The notes under the pieces were generated by a model that was not told where the DNA came from, made no database searches, and saw only the letters and a program-made list of their open reading frames with translations. DNA of 64,000 nt from Marsupella aquatica (taxonomy: Eukaryota; Plantae; Marchantiophyta). The stretch covers positions 10,881,874-10,945,873 of the forward strand of contig OZ316894.1 in assembly GCA_973895155.1 (NCBI GenBank). The letters run 5' to 3'. The translations under genes were made by a program, and so were the position numbers. Positions 63,114 to 64,000 of the stretch are shown here, one piece after another; positions within the stretch are counted from its first letter, which is position 1; the number at the start of each line of letters is the position of its first letter.

Positions 63114-63613
63114 CAAAAACATATAAATTATTTGGGATGATTGATTGGGGGCACTACACCCCTCATCTGTCCGAATTTATAAATTCTTGTCAAAACTGTA
63201 GGTTATTGGCATGTACATTTTTATGGAGTTCCTTGTTATTCCTTTAGTCTGCTGCCTGAAATAATTTTTGGGGGACAAAAATTACGCATCTGGCAAATAA
63301 TGGAAGCTATCCCTTGTGGGGATATTATAGTCAACCAAATTGGTTGAACCACGTATGCGGGAGACTAAATATCTCATAGAGGGATGAGTGACCGGTCTTA
63401 GCGCTAGGTTCAGGTTGTCAAACATTGATGAAACTTATTTTGCTATGTGTATTGACAGCATCCTGAAACATTAGGCTAGCAGACACTATACTCATGGTAG
63501 TTTTTAATAAAAAAGAATCCAAAGAAAAGTGCTGATATGTTCGAGTATGACTGAACCAAAAACTGAATGAAAGATGAGACTACCTTAACTTACTACAACG
63601 CCTTTCTGGGCAA

Positions 63614-63712
63614 GGGTTCTAGCCTAAATCCTGCTCCAAGAAGGCTCAGAAAACCTTGCTAATAAAACTTTCCTGCTTGCCTTCTGATGATAGGGTTATA
63701 GGCTAGAAACCC
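63614..63712. repeat. Imperfect inverted repeat (hairpin), ~33-bp arms
   Basis: gggttctagcctaaatcctgctccaagaaggc versus gccttctgatgatagggttataggctagaaaccc. Confidence 0.65.
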
Positions 63713-64000
63713 CATACTAGACCTGCATTCTCCTATACTTCTTACATTCTTATATTATGGTGAGCGTAGACCTTACACTCATGTGTCTGTCAGGGTCTTT
63801 TTTAGACATAGGGTGTTGGTTGTGCTTCAGTGGACACATGCATTCACTATTATGCAGAGTGAGGCGATGGGTTTTTAGGGCCTCTACTAAGATTCCCTCG
63901 CTTGACCCTCCTATGCGATTTACACCAGAGCTCTATTGGGCGCTTTAGTTTGCCGATAGGTAGGGACTAAGTTTTTGTGTCCATGGTTGTTCTTGTCTTG

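Overview
Eukaryotic, intron-rich land-plant nuclear DNA. A non-seed plant or bryophyte is my impression only; the species cannot be fixed from sequence. Three conserved multi-exon genes were traced exon by exon by eye: PTEN1-type phosphatase (minus, 4642-8442), ATRX/CHR20 SNF2 chromatin remodeller (plus, ~24136-37771) and SGT1 co-chaperone (minus, 57584-61445). The intergenic blocks (10-22 kb, 38-57 kb, 62-64 kb) are repeat-rich. They hold a decayed OPR (old yellow enzyme) pseudogene, a small two-exon basic Ala-rich ORF with an in-frame TAG, a copia-like solo LTR with a 5-bp TSD, and two copies of a tRNA-derived SINE (one with a 5x74-bp amplified 3' end). They also hold a TIR DNA-transposon derivative, a ~1.7-kb diverged inverted repeat and many tandem duplications. 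The most interesting signal is that PTEN1 has no in-frame ATG upstream of its conserved N-terminal block. An ACG in strong context instead gives MGAKLGKG, matching the myristoylation-type PTEN1 N-terminus, and it is flanked by a uORF and an out-of-frame ATG. I found no prokaryotic-type systems, CRISPR arrays, rRNA or intact tRNA. Family assignments come from remembered motifs, not database searches.
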